Assembly: GCF_006345805.1 (NCBI RefSeq)
Contig: NC_043016.1
Location: 20,088,001-20,152,000 of the forward strand
Length of the DNA: 64,000 nucleotides
Origin: Octopus sinensis
Lineage: Eukaryota
Reading direction: 5' to 3'
The translations under genes were made by a program, and so were the position numbers. Positions 1 to 10,267 of this stretch are shown one piece after another. Under the pieces are notes generated by a model, which was given only the letters and a program-made list of their open reading frames with translations, was not told where the DNA came from and ran no database searches. The first letter of the stretch is position 1, and every line of letters starts with the position of its first letter.

Positions 1-366
1 GAGTATCTGACGGTGCAGATGTGTCTCTTTGGGTGATAAATAGACATAACTCATTAGAATAACAGTTCTGCAATGCATCTTTTCAGTTCGTGTAAAGAAA
101 AGCAGCAAATTGAAGAACAGAGCTTCATTTATATAGAAAATCATTAATAAAATAACTTTGTTCACTGTATTACGTGTCTGTTTCTTTTTTGCATCTGTTA
201 TTTTATTATTGATCTTCTATATAAATAAAGACATGCCCTTTAATTTGCTACTTTTCTTTATAAGGAATAACAAGATACATCGCAGAAGTGTTATTTTAAC
301 GAGTTATATCTATTTATCACCTGAAGAGACACATCTACACCGTTTGATGTCCCTGAACCAGTTGTT
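1..366. mobile_element. Fold-back (inverted pair) element with a degenerate hammerhead-like tail; truncated by the window start
   Basis: The reverse complement of 1-~150 aligns with ~205-352 (agatgcattgcagaactgttattctaatgagttatgtctatttatcacccaaagagacacatctgcaccg vs agatacatcgcagaagtgttattttaacgagttatatctatttatcacctgaagagacacatctacaccg). The right arm has CTGAAGA at 321-327 followed by a GACA..CATC/GATG-TC stem. Confidence 0.65.
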
Positions 367-489
367 AAGTATCCCACCCATAAGATATAGATGCTAGATG
401 GGTCATAACAATTTTAGTGATTAATATAAATTCTTGTATCTTCCATCTTCTGTCTCTCATTAACCAAATATTGTTCATCATAGTACACT

Positions 490-1697
490 AGGCAATAACA
501 GAGGAATTTAAGACGGGCTGCCCCTGGAGCTCCTCTATGCTGATGTCCTTATTCTTATAGCTGAATCACTACCAGAACTAGAAGTTTCAGGTATGGAAAC
601 AAGGTCTAGAATTGAAGGGCCTTAGAATAAACCTAGCAAAAACCAAAGTTTTAGTAAGTAAGAAGGCAGACAAATTACAAATCCCTTCAGGTAGATGGCC
701 TTGCTCAAACTGTAGAAAAGGTATAGGTAGAAATTCCATAAGATGTACTTGTTGTAAGCTATGGACATGTAAGAGGTGCAGCAATATCAGAGGAAGGTTA
801 ACAAGGAAAATAGCTTTTGTTTGTGGAAGGTGCACAGGTACAATAAATGCAGAAAATAGGGGAGCAAGCTAGAGGTAATACATAGCTTTCATTAGCTAGG
901 TGACCAAGTTAGTAGCAGAGGTGGATGCTCTGAGAGCGTAGCCATGAGAATAAGAATAGGCTGGGCAAAGTTCAGAGAGCTCCTACCTCTGCTGGCAACA
1001 AAGGGCCTCCCCAACAGAGTGAAAGACAGATTGTATGATACCTGTGTGAGAACAGCAATGCTATATGCCAGTGAAACATGGGCTGTGACATCCAAGGACT
1101 TGATAGGCTTGAAAGAAATGAAACCAGTATGATTCACTGGATGTGCTATGTCAGTGTGCATGTTTGACAGAATGTAAGTATATTGAGAGAAAAGTTAGGC
1201 ATAAGAGGCACTGGATATGGTATGCAAGAGACTACTGCACTAGTATGGTCATATAATGCGCATGGATGAGGGCAGCTGTGTAGAGAAGTGCCAATCTGTA
1301 ACTATGGAGGGATCCTGTGGTAGAGGTAGACCCAAGAAGACATGGAATGAGGTGGTGAAACATGATTTTTAAACTTTGGGACTTACAGAGGCAATGACTA
1401 GTAACTGAGACCTCTGGCAATATGCAATGCTTAAGAAGACCCATCAAGCCAAGTGAAATCACAGTCATGGCAGATACGAGTGTCACACAAATGGCATCTG
1501 TACCAGTGGCACATAAAAGCATCCATTACACTCTTGGAGTGGTTGGTGTTAGGGAAGGCATCCAGTTGTAGAAACCATGCCAAATCAGACAGGAGTCTGG
1601 TGCAGCCTTCTAGCTTGCCAGCCCTTGTCAAACTGTCCAACCCATGCCAACATAGACAACGGATGTTAAATGATGATGATGATGATGATGTTGATGA
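490..1697 (+). mobile_element. RTE-clade LINE, 5'-truncated and decayed (RT C-terminal half, Cys-rich finger, 3' UTR, (GAT)n tail)
   Basis: Frameshifted translation gives EEFKTGCP-WELLYADVLILIAES, KGLRINLAKTKV, WPCSNCRKGIGRNSIRCTCCKLW and RIRIGWAKFRELLPLL...VRTAMLYASETW, and ends in gatgatgat. Its 3' UTR is the same sequence as the RTE-tailed SINE copies elsewhere in the window. Confidence 0.9.
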
Positions 1698-2094
1698 TAT
1701 ATATAAATATCATTGTCATCATTTCAACATTCACTTTTGCATGCCTGCACGGGTTGGGCAGAGCTTATTGAGACAGATTTTCTTTAGCCAGATGTCCTTC
1801 TTGTCATCAATTCATACATGCTTTGTATAGTTTCCTTCTAAATTTCGTTCACCCAAAGTCAACATTGAAGAAACATGCCCAAGAAATTACACTGTAAGAC
1901 TGGACCCTAGAATTTCATGATTGTGAAACAAAGTTTCTAATCACATGTCATGCCAGTGGCACAGTGAGTATTTATTTTTAAAATGTTATCGTAGCAGCTG
2001 GAGCAAGATGTTTGATTTTTGTATTCATCAAATCTTTTAGAATAGATTCTCAAAGAAGAAACATTTGTTGAATTAAAAAGCAGGAAATTCTTAC

Positions 2095-2208
2095 CTCATT
2101 TGTGGATTCCCGAACTTTCTTGCAGCGTATGTGTGCAAGTCTGTTCAATTTCTTCAAAAGAACAAACTGCAAGACAGCATTACTCTTATATTCCTCAATT
2201 TCAGCAGC
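2095..2208 (-). CDS. THOC5: THO complex subunit 5, internal coding exon (phase 0/0, 38 codons)
   Basis: ttttaaccAG|AAEIEEYKSNAVLQFVLLKKLNRLAHIRCKKVRESTNE|GTaaga. This matches the THOC5/FMIP motif EIEE...F..LKKLNRLAHIR.KK.R..T.E. Confidence 0.93.
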
Positions 2209-2371
2209 CTGGTTAAAAAGAAAAGGAAAAAGTACACAAACATAATAGAAAGCAAGACAAAACTGAATCACAGTAAATCCTTCATTATTAGTGTTTTATA
2301 TTTATCCTTTCTTGCTGGTATGAACAGGATGAGCTTGTTTTTGGATTAGCATCTTGCCATTTTTTGTTCAT

Positions 2372-2570
2372 ATCATCATCATCATTTAGCATCCGCTTTC
2401 CATGCTAGCATGGGTTGGACGGTTCAACTGGGGTCTGGGAGGTCAGAAGGCTGCACCAGGCTCCAGTCTGATCTGGCAGTGTTTCTACGGCTGGATGCCC
2501 TTCCTAACGCCAAGCACTCTGTGAGTGTACTGGGTGCTTTTTACATGCCAGACGGGGCTGGCAAACGGCC
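2372..2570 (-). mobile_element. RTE-tailed SINE / RTE 3' end fragment
   Basis: Begins catcatcatcat then ...ccgctttccatgctagcatgggttggacgg...ctggatgcccttcctaacgcc, the same family as 3025-3311, 4748-5025, 16777-16945, 25917-26292, 38445-38734 and 54400-54901. Confidence 0.85.
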
Positions 2571-3024
2571 ATACTTTATAAACATACATGTATACTTGTA
2601 ACATGTGTACATCCACATGATTGCAAATATGTGGCTAAGATTTCTGCTTTACAATCTGGAGATTTCCTGGATTTTCTTTAGCATTATTGCATAAGGGAAA
2701 AGGGAATTTAGTTAGATCTATCAACATGGCTGTGTGGTTGAGAAACTTGCTTCCCAACTGCAGTCCCAATGTGTACCACCTCAGGCAATTGTCTTCTACA
2801 ATAGCTTCAGGGCTGACTAAAGCTTCCTGAGTGGATCTGGTAGACAGAAGCTGAAAGTGGCTTGTCATGTGGTTAAGAAATTTGCTTCCCAACCAAGTGG
2901 TTTCAGGTTCAGTCCCACTGCATAGCACTTTGGGCAAGTATCTTTTTCTATAGCTTTGGGTTGACCAAAGCGTTCAGAATAGATCTGGCAATGGAAACTG
3001 AATTAAACTCATTATATATCCGAA

Positions 3025-3311
3025 CGTGGCAGATGCCAGCACCGCCTGACTGGCGTCTGTGTCGGTGACACGTAAAAGCACCAACTGATCGTGACCGTTT
3101 GCCAGCCTCCTCTGGCCCCTGTGCTGGTGGCACATAAAAAGCACCCACTACACTCATGGAGTGGTTGGCATTAGGAAGAGTATCCAGCTGTAGAAACAAT
3201 GCCAGATCAGACTGGAGCCTGGTGTAGCCTCCTGGCTTCCCAGGCCCTGGTCGAACCGTTCAACCCATGCTAGCATGGAAAACGGATGTTAAACGATGAT
3301 GATGATGATGA
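3025..3311 (+). mobile_element. RTE-tailed SINE
   Basis: Family body (gtggttggcattaggaag...cccatgctagcatggaaaacggatgttaaac) followed by (GAT)n. Confidence 0.85.
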
Positions 3312-3319
3312 TATATATC

Positions 3320-3726
3320 TTATATCTTTTACTTGTTTCAGTCATTAGACTGTGGCCATGCTGGAGCACTGCCTTTTTAGTCAAATGAATTGACTCCAGT
3401 ACTTATACATATATATTTTAAAGCTTGGTAGTTATTCTATCAGCCTCCTTTGCTGAACTGCTAAGTTATGGCTATGTAAGTACACTAACACCTGTTGTCA
3501 AACAGTGGTGGATGATAAAAACAGACACAAAGATACACACACACACACATATATATATATACAATGGGTTTCTTTCAGTTTCCACCTACTAAATCCACTC
3601 ACAAGTCTTTGGTTGACCAGAGGCTTAAGTAGAAGAGATTTATTTGTCTAAGGTGCCACACAGTGGGACTGAACCTGGAACCATATGATTGGGAAGCAAG
3701 CTTCTTACCACACAGCCATGCCTGTA
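3320..3726 (-). mobile_element. tRNA-derived SINE (GGAGTGGCTGTGTGGTAAG family), diverged
   Basis: Reverse copy of the family seen intact at 11169-11560, with an internal (CA)/(TA) microsatellite and a ttttacttgtttcagtcat end. Confidence 0.85.
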
Positions 3727-4267
3727 CCATATGTATATCTGTATGTGTATGTGTGTGTGATTGTTGATAACAGGAAAATTGGAAACAAATGGTATTGCTT
3801 GTGGGATGGTAAAGCCCATTAATTCCATGACATGATGTCAAAACAAGATCTCTCTCTCTCTCTCACAAACACACACCTCATTTTTTAAATGTCCCCTTTT
3901 CCATGCTTGTACAAGTCAGAATTTGCAGAGCAGATTTCTACAGCTGGATGTCCTTCCTGTCACCAACCCTCACCTGTTTCAAAGCAAGGTTAACATTTCC
4001 TTATAACCAAACAAGCTTTGATGGGTGACTGGAAATAAATGACACGATCTGTATGATGATAATGATGCTTGTCTCCAACAATCATGGGAAGGAACACAAA
4101 CCAAAATACACATTCAACAGGCTACGATAGGATTCTTTCAGTTTCAACTGACCAAATCCACTCACAAGGCTTTGACACTTGCCCAAGATGCCATACAGTA
4201 TGAATGAGTCTGAAATCACATGGTTGGGAAGCAAACCTCTACACCACATAGCCATGAAATAAAGCAC

Positions 4268-4547
4268 GTATTTAGTGCGTTACTTATGAAATCACGTGAT
4301 CACGTGACTGACCAGGCTATCAGATGTTGCTACACATCGCTGGCTAAGCGAGCAGGCCAACAGAAGAAAGAGTGAAAGTTGTGGCGAAAGAGTACAGCAG
4401 GGATCGCCACCACCCCCTGCTGGATCCTTGTGGAGCTTTAGGTGCTTTCGCCCAATAAACACTCACAACGCCCAGTCTGGGAATCGAAACCACGATCCTA
4501 CGACCGCGAGTCTGCTGCCCTAACCACTGGGCCATTGCGCCTCCACA
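4268..4547 (-). mobile_element. tRNA-derived SINE, second family
   Basis: The reverse strand starts gtggaggcgcaaTGGCCCAGTGGttagggcagcagactcgcggtcgtaggatcgtGGTTTCGATTCC (A and B boxes) and continues into non-tRNA body sequence. Confidence 0.75.
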
Positions 4548-4747
4548 CATTTATGAAATATAACATATATTTAACCTTTTAGCATTTAAAATGGCCATAT
4601 CTGACTCAAATATTCTATCTGCTTTATGATCAAGCTAGCCAAATCTAGCCTTTCATACCAACCCTAAAAATATCATTCTAAAAATTAAGTTACCTCAACA
4701 AAATCTCAAAGTTATGAGATAATGCATGATTTCAAAGAGGTAATAGT

Positions 4748-5025
4748 AAGTGACCGAGACTGTTGGTGATTTGCTGTGCTTGAGAAGACGTGTCAAGCTT
4801 AGTGAAATTGTAGTCACAGCCAGTGCTGGTGACATGTTAAAAGGGACCCATAGAAAGCATCCACTACATTCTGTGGAGTGGTTGGCATTAGGAAGGGCAT
4901 GCAGCTGTAGAAACCAAGCCAAAACAGACTGGAGCCTGGTACAGCTCTCTGGCTTACTGGTCCCAGTCAAACCGCCAAATCCATGCCAGCGTGGAAAGAA
5001 GACACATGATGATGATGATGATGAA
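4748..5025 (+). mobile_element. RTE-tailed SINE inserted in a TTAA-flanked MITE (MITE parts ~4573-4740 and ~5030-5080)
   Basis: SINE body plus (GAT)n tail, flanked by ttaaccttttagcattt... and ...taaaggggttaa halves of the MITE family seen at 15703, 17269 and 44399. Confidence 0.75.
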
Positions 5026-5371
5026 TGTGAATAAATAAGCATTACTTTTGATAGAATAATTTGAACATTAAAGGGGTTAATGTGTCATTCACTTCCAGAG
5101 GAATGTGATAGAGATTTAAACTTTCTGTTACAGTTAAACATGTGCTTGTATGAATAAATGAAATATCTGACTTCAAGTGGAAACATTCTGATTATGGTCA
5201 CACATCTGTGATGGGAAAATATGTAACATTTAGCTTTTATGTATAAGATACAGCTCTAATGTTTAGAATGAAAAGGTTTAAAAATGTGAATATTATACAT
5301 GAATAAATCCGGCATTTGATATTTATATATAAGATGTTTGGCTAATGAAAATTCAGTAATTAAATACTTAC

Positions 5372-5521
5372 CGCTTCTTTTGATTTACTAGTTTTCAACT
5401 CTTTTATAACTTGGATCAATTTCAGGATCTCTGAACAAGATCGTTTGTATAATGTTAGATCCTGGTGGGCATCTCGGTTGTCAACTTCTTCTTCTTCAGC
5501 ATAGAACAGAGACATCTTCTC
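5372..5521 (-). CDS. THOC5: THO complex subunit 5, coding exon (phase 0/0, 50 codons)
   Basis: tctttgcAG|EKMSLFYAEEEEVDNRDAHQDLTLYKRSCSEILKLIQVIKELKTSKSKEA|GTaagt. It aligns with vertebrate THOC5 [40 protein letters not shown] and joins in frame to the 2095-2208 exon. Confidence 0.88.
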
Positions 5522-5987
5522 CTGCAAAGACATTTATTATTATCGTTATTCAAATGCTACCGAGGTTGACTTTGCTTTTTTGTTGTTTTTTGGATGACCA
5601 CTGGGGTCGATGTCATTATTTTATTATTGTAGTTTATTTTTAACCTGATGAGTGGCTATATTCATATCGAAGTGATTTTATTACTACTATTAATTTTTTT
5701 ACTATAATCATTTCTTAAATATAGCTACGAAACAAGTGTTGTTATTCTACCAAATATATACGTTTTTATTATTATTTTGCAATTTACTTAATCATCAGTA
5801 TATTATTATTTTATTTTTAATATTTCTATTATATGCAATTTTCTAGACGGTGTAATTTTATTGTTCATTTTGAATTAATAAAAGGTGGTTTTTTTCTAAT
5901 TTTTATATATATATTATATTTTGTGAAATTTGATTTAGTATTTCTAAATTGAATTTTTCCCTGTAAGTTAGGAATAATATTCCCTCA

Positions 5988-6020
<33 letters not shown>

Positions 6021-6186
6021 CTGTTGCTGTGTCTGGGGAGAGTCATTCTCTTTTGGTGCCTTATAATTTAACACACTCACCGGTGAAAATTTTAGAAAAA
6101 TAAAAAAGAAATAAGTGGAAATTTTACTGGTGAGTGTGTTAAATTATAAAGCAGCAAAAGGGAATGACTCTCCCCAGACACAACAG
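6021..6186. mobile_element. Palindromic MITE (~70 bp arms)
   Basis: ctgttgctgtgtctggggagagtcattctcttttggtgccttataatttaacacactcaccggtgaaa pairs with ttttactggtgagtgtgttaaattataaagcagcaaaagggaatgactctccccagacacaacag. A partial copy lies at ~7715-7770. Confidence 0.85.
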
Positions 6187-6297
6187 AATAGGCTTCAACA
6201 CACGAACTCACATGAAGAATCTTGCAAACCAAATACAAAAACGAAATATATATATACACACACAGAGGCGTGTGAATGACTATATTATGCAATGTGG

Positions 6298-7132
6298 GCA
6301 CCACTAGCGAACAGTGGTCCCGGTGCGCGCACTCGCGCAAGCTAGTCGTAAGTAGTCGATCCTACAACGACTTGCGCGTATGCAAATGATAGATTTGCGC
6401 ATGTTTGTATTTCAAGGCTGAATACATATCAAAGAAAATGGGTTTTTTAAATATTTTTCGAATAAACTAAATAAAACGCAAAGTAAATGATTTAAAAAAA
6501 AATTTTTTAACCCTACCCTAACCTTAGTTTGGATATTTTCGGTTTGAACGGCAGTTTTTTCTAGCGGTGTCATATGAAATTGTCACCCATAATTATGACC
6601 CTAGTATCGATCTATTGCATTTCAATCTGTTTTAGGGTTAGGATTAGGGGGGGGAAGGGTATTTTTTTTTCTTCACAAATGTAAATAAACCCAATCTGTT
6701 TCTTAAACGAGGGACATATTCATACGGCACAGAATGGTTTCACTTCAATAGACGTCATTGATTGGTTGAAATTGCAGAAATTGAAGAAAAACACAACAAA
6801 TATGTTACAAAGTATAGAATTTTCTCAATAAAACAAAGAGAAAAAGATGTTTTATAAACACATTCTACCAGTATACAAAGTTTAAAAGTGTTTAGTTACG
6901 TGGAAATTATTTTAAAAAACTGCCGTTCAAACCGAAAAATATCCCTTAGTTTGTTTATAAAAAAATAATTTATTTACTTAGTTTAAAAAATTATTTACTT
7001 TGCGTTTTATTTACTTTGTTCGAAAAATATTTAATTCGTTGATCCTACAAATCGTTGTAGGATCGACTACTTACGACTAGCTAGCGCGGATGCGCGAGTG
7101 CGCGCACCGGGACCACTGTTAGCTAGTAGTAC
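6298..7132. mobile_element. Long-TIR MITE (Mutator/foldback-like) with a probable 10-bp TSD
   Basis: TIR gcaccactagcgaacagtggtcccggtgcgcgcactcgcgc...gtcgtaagtagtcgatcctacaacga is mirrored at ~7049-7132. atgcaatgtg occurs at 6287-6296 and 7133-7142 (1-nt offset on the left). An extra TIR end is at 7261-7295. Confidence 0.7.
6531..6944. mobile_element. MITE with GG termini and an 8-bp TSD (Merlin-like or hAT-like), nested in the previous element
   Basis: TIRs ggatattttcggtttgaacggcagttttt / aaaaactgccgttcaaaccgaaaaatatcc, with exact TSD cttagttt at 6523-6530 and 6945-6952. Confidence 0.85.
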
Positions 7133-7351
7133 ATGCAATGTGTTCGTTCCCTTTTAAAACGGTGCGGTGACATCTATATCGAGGGAGATTTGGTTACGAT
7201 ATCTACTAAGTCCAGACTATAAAGGCCTACATCCATCATAGTTCGGAACCAAGAAATATAGAGCGCGCACCGGGACCACTGTTCGCTAGTAGTACCGTTA
7301 AATTATTCGTGAATAGTTATTGATAATAATTGTAATAGCAATATAACTTAC

Positions 7352-7396
7352 ATTCTCTTCTAGCTTGTGTTTTTTAACATCCATTGATTTCTTCAT
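7352..7396 (-). CDS. THOC5: Putative first coding exon of THOC5 (MKKSMDVKKHKLEEN)
   Basis: Acceptor ctctatAG at 7408-7409, ATG at 7396, then 15 codons and a GTAAGT donor in phase 0 that matches the next exon. It is Lys-rich like the THOC5 N-terminus, but the similarity is weak. Confidence 0.55.
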
Positions 7397-7777
7397 GTTA
7401 CCGGTTTCTATAGAGTAGTAAGGTACAGTAGAGGTAATAGATGGTAGCAGCAGCAGCAGCAGTCAGTTGTCTCCCTTACTAATAGTAAGGGAGACATCCC
7501 TTACTAATAGTAAGGGAGACAGTTAAAGTAGTGAGAATAGCAGACATAGAATGGCGGCAATAGTATCAGTAAACTTAACAACAATAGTGGTTGTAGAATT
7601 TAATTCAAGTTTAGTTCAGGTTTACATAAAAATTTGAAAGAATCAACTAGTAACTCTCGCCATTAGAAAGCCATGAAGGGAGACAATAACACATACATAT
7701 ACACTAAAGGTTATTAAATAATCTGTTGTGTCTAGGGATAGTCTTTTCCTCTTTGTGCCTTATAATTTTATTATATA

Positions 7778-8172
7778 CTAGCAGTATCGCCCGGCGTTGC
7801 TCGGGTTTGTAAGGGAAATAACTATATAAGCATTTTTAGAGAGTTATAGCCAAAAAAAGCAAAAAAAATGCATTAAAAATGGGAAAAAAATGATAGTAAA
7901 TTTTTTAAAAATCGTTGACACATCGTAGACATTTTTAGAGAGTTAGTTCCCTTATATAATAGCGAAAAAATGCATTAAAATGGAAAAAATGATGGTAATT
8001 TTTTTTTAAATCGTAGACTCATCGTAGACGCGCGCTAATACCCAGAAGGGCTCGATATGAATCACGACTATAAGATACCCGCTTTTGGTTAAACTGCACC
8101 GCAAAATGTGGGAGTAGTTAGGAATCTAAATCGTAGGAGACAGACACACAACTTCACTTTTATATATAAAGA
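7778..8172 (-). mobile_element. Non-autonomous Helitron
   Basis: On the minus strand: A|TCtttatatataaaagtg... 5' end, subterminal GC hairpin (cccgagcaacgccggg) and CTAG|T 3' end, i.e. insertion between A and T with no TSD. Confidence 0.8.
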
Positions 8173-8851
8173 TAATATTATTAAATAAGGAATGTCAAAT
8201 CCAACAGGGATTTTTTCGCTTCGACCGGCAGATTTTTAAATAATTTTTTTGTAACTAAACACTTTCAAACTTCGTATACTGGTAGAATGTGTTTATAAAA
8301 CATCTTTTTCTCTTGGCTTTCTCGAGAAAATTCTGTAGTTTGTAAGCTATTTGTTCTTAAATTCTTGCATTTCGGCAATTTCAATCAATCAATGACGTCT
8401 ATTGAGGTGAATTCAATTTCTGCCGTAGTGTGTCAGCAACATATATTTGCGGTGTCATATCAGTTTGTCGCTGTTATTTATGACATATTTCATATCAGTT
8501 ATGTTCATATGAATAAAAGATAATCGTTATTAAACTTTTATTAATAAACACATATTCTAAGTTTACAATATATGCAGTTTTAATTTTCCTCTCTGTTGCA
8601 CAGATACACACATTACATATATATTCGTTTAAGAAACAGATTGGGTTTATTTACATTTCTGAAGAAAAAAAGATACCCTTCCCCCTAACCTTAACCTTAA
8701 CTTTTATATATAAAGATAATATTATTAAACTTAATGCAATAGATCGATACTAGGGTCATAATTATGGGTGGACACTAAAGGGGGAACGGTTTTGTTATCC
8801 AGCTCTGTTTACGAGTGACCCCTCAGTTTATGGCCACAAGGTATCTTTTTC

Positions 8852-9264
8852 GGACCTTTTCGGTTTGAACGGCAGTTTTTTTTAATAATTTCCACGTAAC
8901 TAAACACTTTTACACTTCGTATACTGGTAGAATGCGTTTATAAAAATCTTTTTCTCTTGGCTTTATTGAGAAAATTCTATGGTTTGTAAGATATTTGTTG
9001 TTGTTTTTTCAATTTCTGCAATTTCAACCAATCATTGACGTCTATTGAGGTAAAAAAAAAAAAATTCTGTGCCGTATGAAAATGTCCCGCGTTTAAGAAA
9101 CAGATTGGGTTTATTTACATTTGTGAGGAAAAAAAGATACTCTTCCCCCACCGCTAACCCTAAAACAGATTGAAATGCAATAGATCGATACTAGGGTCAA
9201 AATTATGGGTGACAATTTCATATGACACTGCTAGAAAAAACTGCCGTTCAAACCGAAAAGATCC
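8852..9264. mobile_element. Second copy of the 6531-6944 MITE family, opposite orientation (a partial related copy lies at ~8207-8770)
   Basis: ggaccttttcggtttgaacggcagtttt ... aaactgccgttcaaaccgaaaagatcc, with the internal sequence reversed. No TSD is recognisable. Confidence 0.8.
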
Positions 9265-9539
9265 AACAAAGTCAGATTTTTCCTACTGTCACTGACAGCT
9301 TACCATGACGGTGCTCTCTCTCTCTCTGCGTGCGCATCTATGTATGTATGCGTGTGTGCGCGCGTGCACACACGCATACACCAGTTTTTCTTTTCTAATC
9401 GAATTCCAATATAATCATAATCTACACCATCTGGAAAGTATTTGTCAAAAATATAAATTTTTCTGCGAGTTATGAGCAAATAAAACCAGGAGTTGAGGAA
9501 GGCACACTAGCGTAGGAGCAATCTCGTCGTATATGCGTG

Positions 9540-9760
9540 AAGGCGGCGAGCTGGTAGAAACGTTAACACGCCGGGCGAAATTCGTAGCCGTATTTCGTCT
9601 GTCGTTACGTTCCGAGTTCAAATTCCGCCGAGGTCGACTTTGCCTTTCATCCTTTCGGGGTCGATAAATTAAGTACCATTCACGCACTGGGGTCGATGTA
9701 GTCGACTTAATCCCTTTGTCTGTCCTTGTTTGTCCCCTCTATGTTTAGCCCCCTTGTGGG
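9540..9760 (+). mobile_element. tRNA-derived SINE with a central gtcgactttgcctttcatcctttcggggtcgataaattaagtacc domain (MetaSINE-like, from memory)
   Basis: Head ggcggcgagctggtagaaacgttaacacgccgggcg...gagttcaaattccgccgag. Further copies lie at ~10340-10460, 10663-10870, 24763-24960, 24975-25185 (minus) and 25187-25390. Confidence 0.75.
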
Positions 9761-9957
9761 TACTAAAGAAATATATATATGCGTATATTTCATTATTTAA
9801 GGTTCGATCAACTAAAGTAGCAGTTAAGTTTAATATTCCTATAAAGCATTCTAAATATGAATGTGAAAAACAAGAAAGCGCTAAGGCTAAAACACCCTAT
9901 TATCAACCAAACCCGAATTCGTGACCTTGGTCAATGTTAAAATATCAATATTTATAT

Positions 9958-9978
9958 CGGAAGTAAACACCCGGAAGT
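9958..9978 (+). promoter_or_regulatory. Twin ETS/GABP-type motifs in the probable bidirectional THOC5/LYRM9 promoter
   Basis: CGGAAGT at 9958-9964 and CCGGAAGT at 9971-9978, in CpG-containing unique sequence ~170 bp upstream of the LYRM9 ATG and between the divergent genes. Confidence 0.55.
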
Positions 9979-10144
9979 TGATATATGTTGCTATATACGT
10001 TGGTGATCGGTAACGTTTGCCCACGTTGGGACAACAGACCATCTATAAGTCGAAAGATGTGACGACGACGACTCAGAGCGGTTAACTTTACGTTCTGTCT
10101 GATGCTTTAGTTAAGACTTTGATTAATTATTAATGAAGTTAGCC

Positions 10145-10267
10145 ATGCTGTCAAGCAAAACACCTTTCCTCATCCAGAAACCGGCTCATTTATATCGGAG
10201 ACTTCTAAGGGACATTAAGAAGCTTCCCAAAGAAAGTCAATCACATTATAAACATCATGTAAGACAG
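10145..10267 (+). CDS. LYRM9: LYR motif-containing protein 9, coding exon 1 (41 codons)
   Basis: gccATG-MLSSKTPFLIQKPAHLYRRLLRDIKKLPKESQSHYKHHVRQ|GTatgt. It has the LYR motif and matches human LYRM9 [27 protein letters not shown]. This ORF is absent from the supplied track. Confidence 0.92.

Noticed and set aside
6632-6652. Telomeric TTAGGG-like sequence (also ctaacc runs at 6508-6523, 8686-8700 and 9154-9161)
   Set aside because: Only 1-3 imperfect units, all internal to one MITE family, so not an interstitial telomere.
9302-9320. ATG|GTAAGC on the minus strand as the THOC5 initiator exon
   Set aside because: Splicing to the 7407 acceptor gives ATG-AAA-CCG-GTA-ACA-TGA, out of frame with the THOC5 exons. 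It also abuts a microsatellite. At most it is a uORF or cryptic donor.
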